The position numbers and the translations under genes are program-made. From positions 54,008,393 to 54,072,392 of the forward strand of contig NC_068985.1 of assembly GCF_001194135.2 (NCBI RefSeq): DNA of 64,000 nt. Reading direction: 5' to 3'. The DNA is from Octopus bimaculoides (taxonomy: Eukaryota). The notes below the pieces were generated by a model. It saw nothing but the letters and a program-made list of their open reading frames with translations. It was not told where the DNA came from and did no database searches. This document shows positions 1 to 12,567 of this stretch, one piece after another. Every line of letters begins with the position of its first letter. Positions within the stretch are counted from its first letter, which is position 1.

Positions 1-375
1 CACCTGGTTCATAATACGGGTGACTAGGCTGTAGCCAACACTGCCAGATATTTTGAGCATCTCTGTAGTGATTCCTGATGGGCCGGGGGCTTTCCCGGTC
101 TTCATACTCTTAATTGCTTTATCTACCCTGGTACTGTCAACTCGGATAGCTGGTCCCTCTGTTGGGTCGACATACGGCAGGCTCTCTTTCTCCCATTCAT
201 TCTCTTTATTAAGCAATCTATCGTAGTGGCATCTCCAGACCTCTTTCTTTGCAGCCTCATTTAGTGCAAGCGTACCATCATTCATGCGAACACATTTCTC
301 TCCTACAACATCACTATTCTCTCTCCTACACTGTCTTGCAACACGAAATACCTCGAATCTTTGGTCCACAAAATC
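1..375 (-). mobile_element. RTE-clade LINE ORF2 fragment (region just N-terminal of the RT domain), running off the window edge
   Basis: The minus strand reads open: DQRFEVFRVARQCRRENSDVVGEKCVRMNDG...EVWRCHYDRLLNKENEW...VDKAIKSMKTGKAPGPSGITTEMLK. The 'AI..MK.GKAPGP.GI..EMLK' motif is typical of non-LTR ORF2. Confidence 0.85.
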
Positions 376-1292
376 TCAAAGCTAAAAGATAAAACATAAT
401 TCAAAACAATGTGACTCAATAAGCATTTCCTTTCAGAGTAATTTGAATGCTTAAAGGCTTAAACAAAAATGAGCTGAGAAAAACAGTTGAATGGCTAGTG
501 GCGTGTATCTGAACATAGACAAATACAGATATATTGAATAGCATACAACATAAATTCTTGATTTATTAGCATTATTTCTGCCTCTAGAATAGTGGTTCTC
601 AACTAGCATCCCTATGAGCCTTGAGGTTCCATGTAAGATTTTGTTGTTAAAATTTATGAGCAATAAATTAGCTTGACTTCCACTTCACACAAAATATTAT
701 AACAATTTGTATATTAGAATTTCTAATAATATCTAACTATAAAAATATAACATGAATTTTTTTTAACATGGGAGTCCAGTAGAGTAAAATAAAAATCAAA
801 AGGAGTTCAGAGGTAAAACAAAAATAGTTTGAGAATAGTTGCTCTGAACGATATTATCATAATTACCAAGTGACAATTAAATCCAGCTCCACTTGAGGAG
901 GGGAGATAATCACAAGAATTGTGTATTCTCCCAAGTTGACATGACATTAAGGAAAAGGACAGGCTTAATGTCTGGAGATAAGAGGACAGTTATTTTCTGG
1001 CTCAATTGCCATCATCAGCACGACAATTGCCTGACCATATCTTCAGCAGCCAAAGGACTGAGATTTATACAAAATAGAAAATAAAATAACTATTTAGATA
1101 GTTGACACCTCTCACATCTTTTTTTACCATTCTCGCAGAGGGAACTTAGTTTTTACTATTACAAGTTTCAACTTCAGTTACGAAGCAGGAATTAAATTCA
1201 TTACAAAGTAAATTCCCAAAGAATTTCAAGTCTTCAATGATGGGATAGTAGTACTGAAAATGGTTTCTAATAACAATAATTCTTTCTGCAAT

Positions 1293-3400
1293 AGGTACAA
1301 GGCCTGAAATTTGGGGGAGAGGGATAGTTGATTACATCGACCCCAGTACTTGACTGGTACTTATTTTATCGACCCTGAAAGGATAAAAGGCAAAGTCAAC
1401 CAAGGTGGATTTTGAACTCAGGATGTGAAGACAGATGAAATGCTGCGAAGCATTTCACCCAGTGTGCTAACGCTACTGCCAGCTCACCGCTGTAATAGTA
1501 GTAATAATAATAATAATAATAAATCCTTACTAATTTGGGGACAAGGCCAACAATTCTTAGGGGAGGAGCACAGTTGACGAAATTGATTTCAGTGCTTGAC
1601 TAGTACTTTATTTTATTAACCCCAAAAGGAAGAAAGGCAAAAATCAACCTTCATGGGATTTGAATTCAGAACATATGGGGGTGGGGGAACCCACAAGGGA
1701 TTTTGTCTAACAGTTTTGTTGATTTGCCAACCTTAGAAAAAATGCCTTCCTGTATTTAGACACAACTCACTCTGAGTTCAAATATCAGTAGTACAACTAC
1801 AGTTTGGTGTACTCCAACTTTCACTATAATAATAATAATAATAATTTCAAATTTTGGCACAACGCCAGCAAGTTTGGGGGAGAAGTAAGTTGATCACATC
1901 TACCCCAGTGCTCAACTGACACATATTTTATTAACCCCAAGAGGATGAAAGGCAAAGCCGACCTCGGCAGAATTTGAACTCAGAACATAAAGACATTAAG
2001 TATTTTGCCCAGCATGCTATCTTAGTATTAGTATTAGTAGTAGTAATCATAATGATGGCCACTCTTGTTGGTTTTGACAAATGAGTGTTTGATGCAGAGA
2101 ATTTTTTTTGAAAAAGGGAGACAAGCAGAAAACAACTTTAAAAATAAAAGACTAAAAGAAGTTGCATCTATTTGTGGTGGATGCATGAATGTAATTGGAG
2201 TCCAGGTATGGATTTTATTATGAAGTCAGACTGGGGACACTGATGATTTTGATTCTGCCTGGACACAAGGTCACAAAATTGGATGAAAGAGTGACAGTCA
2301 AGTGAATCATCCACAGAACTTGGTTGGGAGTTAATTTCATTGGCCCAAGAAGGATGAAGAGCAAAGTCACCTTTAGCAGGATTTGAACTCATTATGTAAA
2401 GGGATACAACTAAATACAACAATGCAATTTACCCGCTGCACTACTGGTTCTACCATCTAATCCTACCATTTTGCTTGCTACTCTACCAGTTCTATACTCA
2501 CCGTTCCTAATTTCTCTAATATGGCACAAGGTTATAAATTGGAAGGAAGATTAGTTAATAATATTGGCCCAGCTTTTGACTGGTACTTTATTTTATCTGC
2601 CCCAGGGGATGAAAGGCAAAGTTGATTTCAACAGGATTTGAAATCAGAATGTTAAAATATAGCCAAAACTCAGAACACATTTCATCCACTGCCATATCAA
2701 TTTTGCATATGATAGTACTATGCTGCTGATACTACTACTGCACCTACTACTACTACACCTACTACTACTATAAAGAATAATAATTTCTAATATAGGCACA
2801 ACACCCAAAATTTGAGAAAGGGGAATAGTTGAATACATCAACCCTAGTACTTTGCTGATGCTCTATCAACTTCGAAAGGATGAAAAATCAAAGCCGACCT
2901 CAGTGGAATTTAAATTCGGAATGTAAAGAGCCCAAAGAAATACTGCAAAGCATGTACTTTCTGCCAACTGGCCATCTTAATAATAATTCTCTCTATAGCA
3001 GGTACTTATTTCATTGACCCTGAAAGGATGAAAGGCAAAGTTGACCTTAGTGGAATTTGAACTCAGGATATAAAGCTAGAAGAAATGCCAATAAGCATTT
3101 TGTCCAGTGTGGTAATGATTCTTCCAGCTCACTGCCTTCTTAAGAATAACGATAATGATAATGTTAATAATAATATAGATGATGATAATGGCTTTAAATT
3201 TTGGTACAGTGCCAGCAATTTTAGGGAAAGGGTAAGCTGGTAACATTGACCCCAGCATGCAACTGGTACTTGTTTATTGACCCCCAAAAGGATGAGAAAG
3301 GCAAAGTCAACCTTGGTGGAATTTGAACTCACAATGTAAAGCCAGACGAAATGCTAAGCATTTTGCCTGATGTGATAATGATTCTGCCAGCTTGCCACCT
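1293..3400 (-). mobile_element. Tandem chain of about 8 tRNA-derived SINE copies (central domain resembles the MetaSINE-type core), separated by (AAT)n/(ACT)n tracts
   Basis: A ~200-bp unit recurs (ggcacaagg..atcgacccc..ggtacttattttat..gaaaggatgaaaggcaaagt..ggaatttgaactcag..gccagctc). Its reverse complement has an A box (TGGCAGAATCGTTAG) and a B box (GAGTTCAAATTCC). Confidence 0.75.
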
Positions 3401-3411
3401 AATAATAATAA

Positions 3412-3665
3412 TAAGGTGCCTTAAGTATAATAAAAAAATATTCAGACAAATACATAACAAAAACACCAGGACTTACAAATATATATAACATACAGAAAAT
3501 TGCACTACTGGGCACTGCACACATCCTACGCAAAACACTTTCAATACAGTAACCATAAGAGCATCACAGCAAACCACAGCACATACCCAAGGCACACAGA
3601 GTTGCGCTCGGTAGTGAAGTGAAAGCACGTTATAAAAATAAAACTAATGAACAATAATAATAATA
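3412..3665 (+). mobile_element. 3' end of an R4/Dong-like (REL endonuclease) LINE with an (AAT)n tail
   Basis: Translates GAL..IIKKYSDKYITKTPGLTNIYNIQKIALLGTAHILRKTLSIQ*, followed by a 3' UTR and a taataataat tail. Confidence 0.7.
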
Positions 3666-3684
3666 TAGTCATTAAAAACAGGGG

Positions 3685-4157
3685 GGAAAATACTTGTAGA
3701 CTAATAGATGTGCTTCCACTGATTAAAATATATCTGACAAGGGATTTGACAAATTAAGTAAATATAAGGACCTGAAAATTGAAATACAAAAGATGTGGCA
3801 TCTTAAAGCGAGAATTGTTCCTGTTATTGTGGGTGCCCTAGGTATGATAAGAAAGGGATATCAGAAACATCTAGATAAGATCCCAGGAGAGCCATGTCTC
3901 AGAGAAATCCAAAAGATTGTGCTGACAAGTACTGCCTACATCCTAAGAAAAACCCTATCAATTTTAGAGTCTGTGTTGTATTACATGAAAATACTTCGCT
4001 AGTGCCCCTGCCACTTCCCCTCTCCATGCTTTCAGTCATACTGTAACATCTTTTATTCTTCAAGCGTCCTAGGATGTTGGGTGTGTCTCAGCAAGTGATT
4101 GTAACAAACAGGTAGATTAAAAGTAAATAATAATAACAACAACAACAACAACAACAA
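3685..4157 (+). mobile_element. 3' end of an R4/Dong-like LINE (restriction-like endonuclease C-terminus, 3' UTR and TAA/CAA tail)
   Basis: TCRLIDV..DKLSKYKDLKIEIQKMWHLKARIVPVIVGALGMIRKG..EIQKIVLTSTAYILRKTLSI, then a tail of taataataacaacaacaac at about 4127-4157. Confidence 0.8.
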
Positions 4158-4198
4158 AAAATACAAATCTAAAAACAGTATCTTTAATTAAACTAGTA

Positions 4199-4923
4199 TC
4201 ATTGTACCGTGAAAGGAGTGAGAGATTTCTTCCAATGATTTAAAGATTTTGGTTCCACAGTTAATAAGCTTCCTTGGAAATAAGGATGTAATACTTGAGG
4301 TAAAAGAACACTACCATTTGGTAATTGGTTGTTCTCAATAATTGCCATCACCAGTCGTGGCACAGCACATGCTGTACCATTTATTGTATGTACATATGTG
4401 AGTTGATCAGCTTTATTTTTATACTTCGCTCCTAATCGTCGGCTTTGATAGTCTGTACAATTTGAAGCACTTGAGATTTCTCCCCAGAAACCCTTGGCTG
4501 GCATCCAGGTTTCATAGTCAAACTTTCTACTTGCAGGGGCACCAAGTTCTTGACTTGCCATATCTAAGAGTCGACAATGTAACCCCAGACTCTGGTAAAG
4601 GTCAGTTTGAAGATCAATGAATTCTTGAAGAGAATCATCACTTTCTTTTCCAGTTTCTTGAGCCACAACTGAAAACATCTCAACTTTTGTAAAGTTGTGA
4701 ACTCGGTAGATTCCTTTCTCTTCCTCAAGTTCGGAAATCTCAGCACGGTGGCATCGACTGACAGCAGTTAGTTTTATGGGAAGATCTTGAAGAGAAAATT
4801 CTTGGTTTTGGAAATAACCAGCAAGAGCCATCTCTGAGGTACCTGACAAACAAGCTGAACCATGGCGCTTTGCATCAAGTTTGTAAACCTGTGTTCTTTG
4901 TCCTGTTGTTTTAAAACCACATC
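4199..4923 (-). CDS. SARS2: Mitochondrial seryl-tRNA synthetase, exon 3 (last coding exon)
   Basis: Acceptor tatttag|GA, phase 1. Contains GTSEMALAG, class II motif 2 SRCHRAE..GIYRVHNFTKVEMF, GEISSASNCTDYQSRRL and motif 3 HTINGTACAVPRLVMAIIENNQ. Stop TGA at 4201-4199. Confidence 0.95.
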
Positions 4924-5260
4924 CTAAATAAAATAAAAAGGACAAAAATAGAAATAAGAAAAATAAGGAACAGAATAAAGAAAATAATCAAAAAGTTTGG
5001 AGAATTGCCTGCTGATAACAACACATCTCTCCAAACTTTTTGAGTATTTTCTTTCATAAGAAGTACAATTTATGCCATTTATATATATTTATATATATAT
5101 ATATATATAATATAAATGTATGTAAAGTGGTTGGTGTTAAGAAGTGCATCTAGTTGTGGAAGACACTTCCTGAAGGTGCCACACAGTGGACAGTGAGATT
5201 GAATGTGGAACCATAATTGGGAAGCAAAATTCCTACCAAATGGCCATGGATGCGATGCAC

Positions 5261-5293
<33 letters not shown>

Positions 5294-5468
5294 CACCTAC
5301 ATACATATATATATATAGGTATGTATGTGGATGTGTGTGTGCTTGTACATGTAGATAGATCACTAGAAATAACTGAGTCTTTATCGAACAACTGACAGAT
5401 GTGTGTGATATAATCACATTCAGAATTGCAAGAGTTAAGACAGCATTGGTTATGTTGATAAAAAGACA

Positions 5469-5518
<50 letters not shown>

Positions 5519-5699
5519 GATCATCTGCATAACATTTTCTCAAGTATGTAAATTTCAAATGAAGTCTACTACTACTACAACTACTTCAATGGTTGTCTTT
5601 TGAGCATAACACAGATGGTTCTGCAATTTCTTGCTAGACAATCTGATGATTTGTTTATAATGATCAAATGGCTGCTTATAAGCTCACTCCCTCCATCAA

Positions 5700-5872
5700 A
5701 TTGACATTGATTGTACAGGTGCACAGTGAGCCACATGTCAGATGTCAAAGTGATGATATGGGATGAAGTGTTTTGTTCAACAATGCATCACCTGATCTGG
5801 GAATCAAACCCATGATCTCATGATCATGAGTGCAACACACTAACCACTAGGCCACACACCTCACAATGACTT
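5700..5872 (-). mobile_element. Degenerate tRNA-derived CORE-type SINE
   Basis: Reverse complement gtgtggcctagtggttagtgtgttgcactc...gggtttgattccc (A and B boxes), followed by a CORE-like aaaacacttcatccc. Related copies lie at about 22270-22435 and 57380-57670. Confidence 0.55.
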
Positions 5873-7090
5873 CTATTGAAACCCATGAATGATAATGCTT
5901 TTATCTAAAAGAAACACTTTGATTACACTGCATAACATGATTTTTGTCTTTGGGTAGCAACTGTTATTTCCTATTTCTTTACCCCTAAAGAGTATGAAAA
6001 ATGGCTAATATATCCTTCAAACTTTGCTTTTGCTACATTAATTGAAACCCTAAAGAATCCCTCTCAACATGTGGCTATGATGCTCCCCCACTACTCCTGC
6101 TCATAATCAGAGATGCACATATTGTCAGCAACGAAGTGACATGCTCAAGTGGTTAAAGTCAAGTAATTGACAAGCAAATCTGTGGTATTGAGCAGAATAT
6201 TTGCTACAATGATATTTCTGCTTCAGCAACTCAGTGCTGAATCTGTCTGAAATGTAATGTAAAATAGGTGAGTTTCAAAACATTGATGCCCAGGTCACTA
6301 AAGCAGAGTTCCAAGGGAATAGTAGTTATTTCCTTTGATTTCTAGATAGAAACAAATAGGAAATAGCACTTACTGACCAAAGACAAAAAAGATTAAAATT
6401 TCATTTCACCAACATTATATATCTCCATATATTTTTTTCATTGCCTTCTATAAAGTTAATAAGTATTTCATTTANNNNNNNNNNNNNNNNNNNNNNNNNN
6501 NNNNNNNNNNNNNNNNNNNNNNNNNNNNNNNNNNNNNNNNNNNNNNNNNNNNNNNNNNNNNNNNNNNNNNNNNNNNNNNNNNNNNNNNNNNNNNNNNNNN
6601 NNNNNNNNNNNNNNNNNNNNNNNNNNNNNNNNNNNNNNNNNNNNNNNNNNNNNNNNNNNNNNNNNNNNNNNNNNNNNNNNNNNNNNNNNNNNNNNNNNNN
6701 NNNNNNNNNNNNNNNNNNNNNNNNNNNNNNNNNNNNNNNNNNNNNNNNNNNNNNNNNNNNNNNNNNNNNNNNNNNNNNNNNNNNNNNNNNNNNNNNNNNN
6801 NNNNNNNNNNNNNNNNNNNNNNNNNNNNNNNNNNNNNNNNNNNNNNNNNNNNNNNNNNNNNNNNNNNNNNNNNNNNNNNNNNNNNNNNNNNNNNNNNNNN
6901 NNNNNNNNNNNNNNNNNNNNNNNNNNNNNNNNNNNNNNNNNNNNNNNNNNNNNNNNNNNNNNNNNNNNNNNNNNNNNNNNNNNNNNNNNNNNNNNNNNNN
7001 NNNNNNNNNNNNNNNNNNNNNNNNNNNNNNNNNNNNNNNNNNNNNNNNNNNNNNNNNNNNNNNNNNNNNNNNNNNNNNNNNNNNNNNNNN

Positions 7091-7127
<37 letters not shown>

Positions 7128-7279
7128 GGTGCAGGCCTGGCTATGATGTAAGAAGCTTGCTTCCCAACCACATAGTTCCAGGTTCAGTTCCACTGTGTGG
7201 TACCTTGTCTTTTACAATAGCCTCAGGCTGACCAAGCTTTGTGAGGAGATTTGATAGGTGGAAACTGAAAGAAGCCCAT

Positions 7280-7368
<89 letters not shown>

Positions 7369-7654
7369 CACACATACATATACATATGTGTGTGTATATA
7401 TATGTATACATGCACACACACACAAAATAGGCTTCCTACAGTTTCTGTCAACAAAATTCATTTACAAAGCATTGATCAAACCAAGGTTAATAGAAGACAC
7501 ATGCCCAAGTTTCTGCACACAGGGACTGAATCTATGATTGCAAAAGAAACTTCTTAAAATCACAACAATGAAAACAGATCTTTAAGATATCAAATACATA
7601 ATATATATTACTAGTATACCTATGTCATAAAAAATGTTGTCAGTTTTAATAATC

Positions 7655-7760
7655 ATAGGCGGCAGACCAAATGGTCCCAGTGCAGAGACAGTCCAAACAC
7701 AGACAACATGTAGCAAATGACTGGTAAATGAGACATTAGTAAATGTCAGCAATTGTGTAA
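7655..7760 (-). mobile_element. Short Penelope-like element fragment
   Basis: Closely matches about 9428-9500 of the PLE below (aatggtcccagtg.agagacagtccaaacacagaca..tgtagc.aatgactggta). Confidence 0.55.
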
Positions 7761-7845
7761 GAATATGTACCCACACAAAATCAAAGCCTTTAAACAATCA
7801 GACACAGTACTCATGTCTTGGTGGAAAATATTATCATCCACACAT

Positions 7846-7888
<43 letters not shown>

Positions 7889-8825
7889 NNNNNNNNNNNN
7901 NNNNNNNNNNNNNNNNNNNNNNNNNNNNNNNNNNNNNNNNNNNNNNNNNNNNNNNNNNNNNNNNNNNNNNNNNNNNNNNNNNNNNNNNNNNNNNNNNNNN
8001 NNNNNNNNNNNNNNNNNNNNNNNNNNNNNNNNNNNNNNNNNNNNNNNNNNNNNNNNNNNNNNNNNNNNNNNNNNNNNNNNNNNNNNNNNNNNNNNNNNNN
8101 NNNNNNNNNNNNNNNNNNNNNNNNNNNNNNNNNNNNNNNNNNNNNNNNNNNNNNNNNNNNNNNNNNNNNNNNNNNNNNNNNNNNNNNNNNNNNNNNNNNN
8201 NNNNNNNNNNNNNNNNNNNNNNNNNNNNNNNNNNNNNNNNNNNNNNNNNNNNNNNNNNNNNNNNNNNNNNNNNNNNNNNNNNNNNNNNNNNNNNNNNNNN
8301 NNNNNNNNNNNNNNNNNNNNNNNNNNNNNNNNNNNNNNNNNNNNNNNNNNNNNNNNNNNNNNNNNNNNNNNNNNNNNNNNNNNNNNNNNNNNNNNNNNNN
8401 NNNNNNNNNNNNNNNNNNNNNNNNNNNNNNNNNNNNNNNNNNNNNNNNNNNNNNNNNNNNNNNNNNNNNNNNNNNNNNNNNNNNNNNNNNNNNNNNNNNN
8501 NNNNNNNNNNNNNNNNNNNNNNNNNNNNNNNNNNNNNNNNNNNNNNNNNNNNNNNNNNNNNNNNNNNNNNNNNNNNNNNNNNNNNNNNNNNNNNNNNNNN
8601 NNNNNNNNNNNNNNNNNNNNNNNNNNNNNNNNNNNNNNNNNNNNNNNNNNNNNNNNNNNNNNNNNNNNNNNNNNNNNNNNNNNNNNNNNTGAATGGAAGG
8701 GAGATAATAAAAAGGAGGTTGAACGAAAGGGAGATAATAATGGTGATCCCAACGAACTAAGGTGCATGAGTATGTGTGAGTGTATATGTGTGAATGGGAG
8801 CAAGTGAGTCTGATGCATGTGTGTA

Positions 8826-8865
<40 letters not shown>

Positions 8866-9339
8866 CCACTGGTGTGTTCTGTTTTAAGTGGTGTGCACAC
8901 ATGCACATGTGTGTGTCTGTGACCAAATAGTGTGCATGTGTATAGTGTATGTTTGTGGGTGAAAGCTATCCTTGTCTATGCATGCTGTGAGTGTTTATGC
9001 ATGTGCTACTGTGTGTTGCATGTGTATATATTGTCTGTGTTCAGGTATTATGTGCTTGTGTGGGTGTATATATTGTCTGTGTTCAGATTTTATGTGCTTG
9101 TGTGGGTGTGAAAGTGTGCATGAGGGTGTGTGGATAATGGTGTGTGGTATGGGTGCTGAGAAGAGGTTGGTGCTAGTGCATGTGGAGTGGGAAGGTGCTG
9201 TGGGTGTGTGTGTCTGTAAAGGTGTATGAAGTGAGTGTTTGTATAGTGGTGCATGTGGGGAGGGTACCAAAGTAAGCGATAAGCAGATGTGTAGATGGAG
9301 TGGGGCAGTTCAATGTGGGAGATGTGTGGGAATCCAATG

Positions 9340-10760
9340 GGGTTGGTGTCAGATGAAGAGAGGAGGTGAGTTGAGCCCATTTGATGGTGCAAAGGAGTGA
9401 AGAGAGATTATTTTTTGTTCACAGTGAAGGCGGGAGTCCGAATGGTCCCAGTGTAGAGACAGTCCAAACACAGACAGCTTGTAGCCAATGACTGGTAGAT
9501 CAGAAGTGGCGTCCTGTTTGACCAATGTACAGGGAAGGACAGAGAGAGGAGGAGACATAGTGAATAACATACTAGAGGTGCAGGTAAAGGAGTCAGTGAT
9601 ATGGTGCCTGTGAGGTTGCTGGTGTTGGAGAGGTAGGGACAGGTGCAACAGTGTTGGCAGGAGCAGGGGAAGGAACCAAGCTGGAAGACAGGAGTAGGGA
9701 AGAAACTGTGAACCAGGAGGTCATGCAGGTTATGAGCTCATTTGAAGGAGGGAAGGTGTAGGTAAGGGAAGATTTTCAAAGGGGAGGTGTTGGACTGGAG
9801 TTGCTGGAAGGCTCGGAGAATGGTGCATTGGAGGGTAGGGTGGAGGGGTGGTGGGTGAGGTGAAATGATAGACAGGAAAATGTGGGGGCAAGTGCAAGGA
9901 GAAAGAGCAGAGGCATAGTCCACAGATCATGCCCAGGCTAGAGCAGTGTGGATAATGGTGAGGGGATATCCATGTAGATTGAAGTGGCGAGCCATAAGTT
10001 GAGACTGAGTCATGGTCGTCACTGTAGAGCCTGCATACATGGAGGAATTGGGAGTAGGGGATGGAGAGCTTCATGTAAGTAAGGTGGGAGGAGGAGATGT
10101 TAAGGTAGGAGAGTGAGTCAGTGTGTTTGTAGTGGATGGAGGTAGTGAGAGCAGAGTGGTGTATGCTGACAGAAATGTCAAGAAATCCAACAGAAGAGTT
10201 AGGGATAATGCAGGAGAATTCGAGGGCAGGATGGAAGGATTGGACAAAGGAGAAGAAGGAGTCCAGTTGTTCATGGGAGAGTGAGGCTGCGCTGATACTG
10301 TCATCAATATAACGACCATATAACTCATTTGTGAGACTATTTGGGCCTCAACATAGCCAACAAACAGGTTCGTGTAGTTAGGACCCATTCTCATTCCCAT
10401 GGTGACTCGTAAGACTGTTGGTAAAAGTCCCCTGCAAATGAGAAGCAGTTGAGGGAGAGGACAAGTTCAGCAGAAAGGTGGAATAAGTGAGAGGGAGAAA
10501 GCAGTCGAGGGTGTGTATTCTGAAGAGATTAGAATGAATGGTGGCACACATAAGGCAATAGGAAGTGGTGCGGAGTATGGGTAAGATGGCAGAGGTAGAA
10601 TGGAAAGTAGGAGGCAGAAACATTTGGGGATGAGGTGGTGGTGAAGGTAGCAACTGAGAAAGGAAACGTAATAACAGAAGCATGGTTTTTGAAAATCAGT
10701 AGGGAAAGATGAATAGAAGGTTGAAAGCAGCAGAAAGGAAGCATAGTCAGGTGTTTTTTT
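9340..10760 (-). mobile_element. Degenerate Penelope-like retroelement (RT plus GIY-YIG endonuclease), frameshifted
   Basis: MGMRMGPNYTNLFVGYVE, GRYIDD (about 10303-10318), KLSIPYSQFL..CRLYSDD, SFTCTSS..CPSLYIGQTGR and a terminal EQKII....PSNGLN motif. Confidence 0.85.
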
Positions 10761-11037
10761 AGGCAGTGATGAAGGTGGAGGAGGAAGGATTTATAATTAG
10801 GCATGCTGGAAAAAGGAGAGAAAGAAAAAAAGTTGAAATGGAGAGAGAATGGCAAGGTCATTAGCATATAGAGCTTACATCAATGACAATAGCCAGTGAG
10901 ACCCATGAAGGTAGAGCCTGAAAGCATCTGAAGATCCAGTGGTAATCCGGGTTAAGTGTTGGCATGTGGATGAGGAGAGGTAAGCTGTCTGATTCATGTG
11001 AGCAAGGAAAAGTGTATGTTCCATATACATATATATA

Positions 11038-11343
11038 AATAATAGTGTATAAACAATTTAAGTATTTATACATGAAAGAGGTGACCTTTAACAGGACACC
11101 TTACATACTAGAAACAACAGTCAAAGCCCAAACCATGAATAAAAGCAATTTCAAAGGGAATGAAAATAAAAGGGTAACTAGAAAAATATTTTTTCTTTAT
11201 TTCTTTTTTTATTATTATCATTCCCTTTGAAATTGCTTTTATTTGTGGTTTGGGCTTTGACTGCCCTTTCTAGCATGTAAGGTGTTCTTTCACAGGTCAC
11301 CTCTTCCATGTATAAATACTTAAATTGTTTATACACTATTATT
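11038..11343. repeat. Foldback (long inverted repeat), ~126-bp arms around a ~55-bp AT-rich loop, in SARS2 intron 2
   Basis: 11038-11163 (aataatagtgtataaacaatttaag...tttcaaagggaatga) is roughly 90% identical to the reverse complement of 11218-11343. Confidence 0.9.
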
Positions 11344-11768
11344 GTCTATTGACTTTATTACACATGGTAGCCACCAGTATAAATTTAAAAAAAAATTTTC
11401 TACTCTTATTTTCACAGTACTTCTCTCCATGTCTGGCTGTACAGCCTTTTTGTTTGTTTATTTCACCGTTTCGTTTTCCTGTCTTGTTTTCCGTCCGCCA
11501 CTATCCTCCACGAAAAAAATTTAATTTGTGTTCGTGGGAAGAGCCATGTTAACAATGCGTCCTGCCCTAACTCTTTGAAACGCCAGTGTTTTAATGGTGG
11601 CAGCTGATGAAGGATATGTTCTCTATGTGGCCTGCTTGTTTGTTGTACCTTGTTTATCATTTTGTCCATGTTCTTTTGCAACGTCATGTACCCAGATATG
11701 TATCTATATGTACATGTAGATGAAGGTATGTACATACATGTACATATATATGCATATACTCATATATT

Positions 11769-11825
<57 letters not shown>

Positions 11826-11885
11826 ATCATGCAGTAATTTCCCTTTGTTTAACGGTCATTTACATAGCATTTTTTTCAATGGCCA

Positions 11886-11944
11886 GATAACTGAAGAGAT
11901 GGCGGTATGGGTTTCCGCCCAGACATCCGAAACTCAGTTTTATC
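11886..11944 (+). ncRNA. Minimal type I hammerhead ribozyme motif in a PLE pseudo-LTR fragment (about 11830-12030)
   Basis: GATAA-CTGAAGA-[GATG GCGG..CCGC..CATC C]-GAAA-C TCA G-T-T/TTATC. Stem I GATAA/TTATC, intact core, near-palindromic stem III AACT-C-AGTT. Confidence 0.7.
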
Positions 11945-12059
11945 ATGGCTACCGAATAAATGTCACATATTACATATACATTCCTCTATTTACATAATAT
12001 CGAGGTCTCTTTCTTTCTTTTGTTGTCTTAACTTTTCTATCAATATATATATCTATATC

Positions 12060-12090
<31 letters not shown>

Positions 12091-12567
12091 GGAACATACA
12101 CTTTACCATGCTCACATGAATCAGACAGCTTTTGTGCAGCTAGATGCCCTTCCTATCACCAAACCTCACCTGTTTCAATAAAGGTAATATTTCATCTTGC
12201 TCAGACATAATTTCATGGAAGATTGGAAACAAAGGACACCGTTAGCATGTCAGTGACATTTGCTTACAGCTACCATGTGATAACAAGCCAGGGAGACAGT
12301 AAAACAAAGACACATACATATACACACACACACATATACAAAGGTATATATATTTTATATATATATATGTGTGTGTATTGTTATATGTGTGTGTCAGGTG
12401 GTTAGCATTAGAAAGGGTACACCATACAAAAGCAGACACTGGAACACAACGCAGTCTTTCAAAATATCAGATCCTGTCAAACTATCCAACCTATGCCAGT
12501 ATGGAAGACAAACGTTAAAAGATGGTAATGAAATAATTTTTTATATAAAATTTGAAAAATAAAATAC

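Noticed and set aside
1293-3400. Regularly spaced repeats resembling a CRISPR array
   Set aside because: The units are ~200-bp diverged eukaryotic SINEs with microsatellite spacers, and there are no cas genes.
6401-8926. Long ORFs containing X runs
   Set aside because: They are artefacts of reading through N gaps (also at 15.7, 17.1, 23.9 and 52.6 kb).
11604-11640. CTGATGA hammerhead-like core in a PLE-like stretch
   Set aside because: No GAAA or closing stems follow; at most a decayed remnant.
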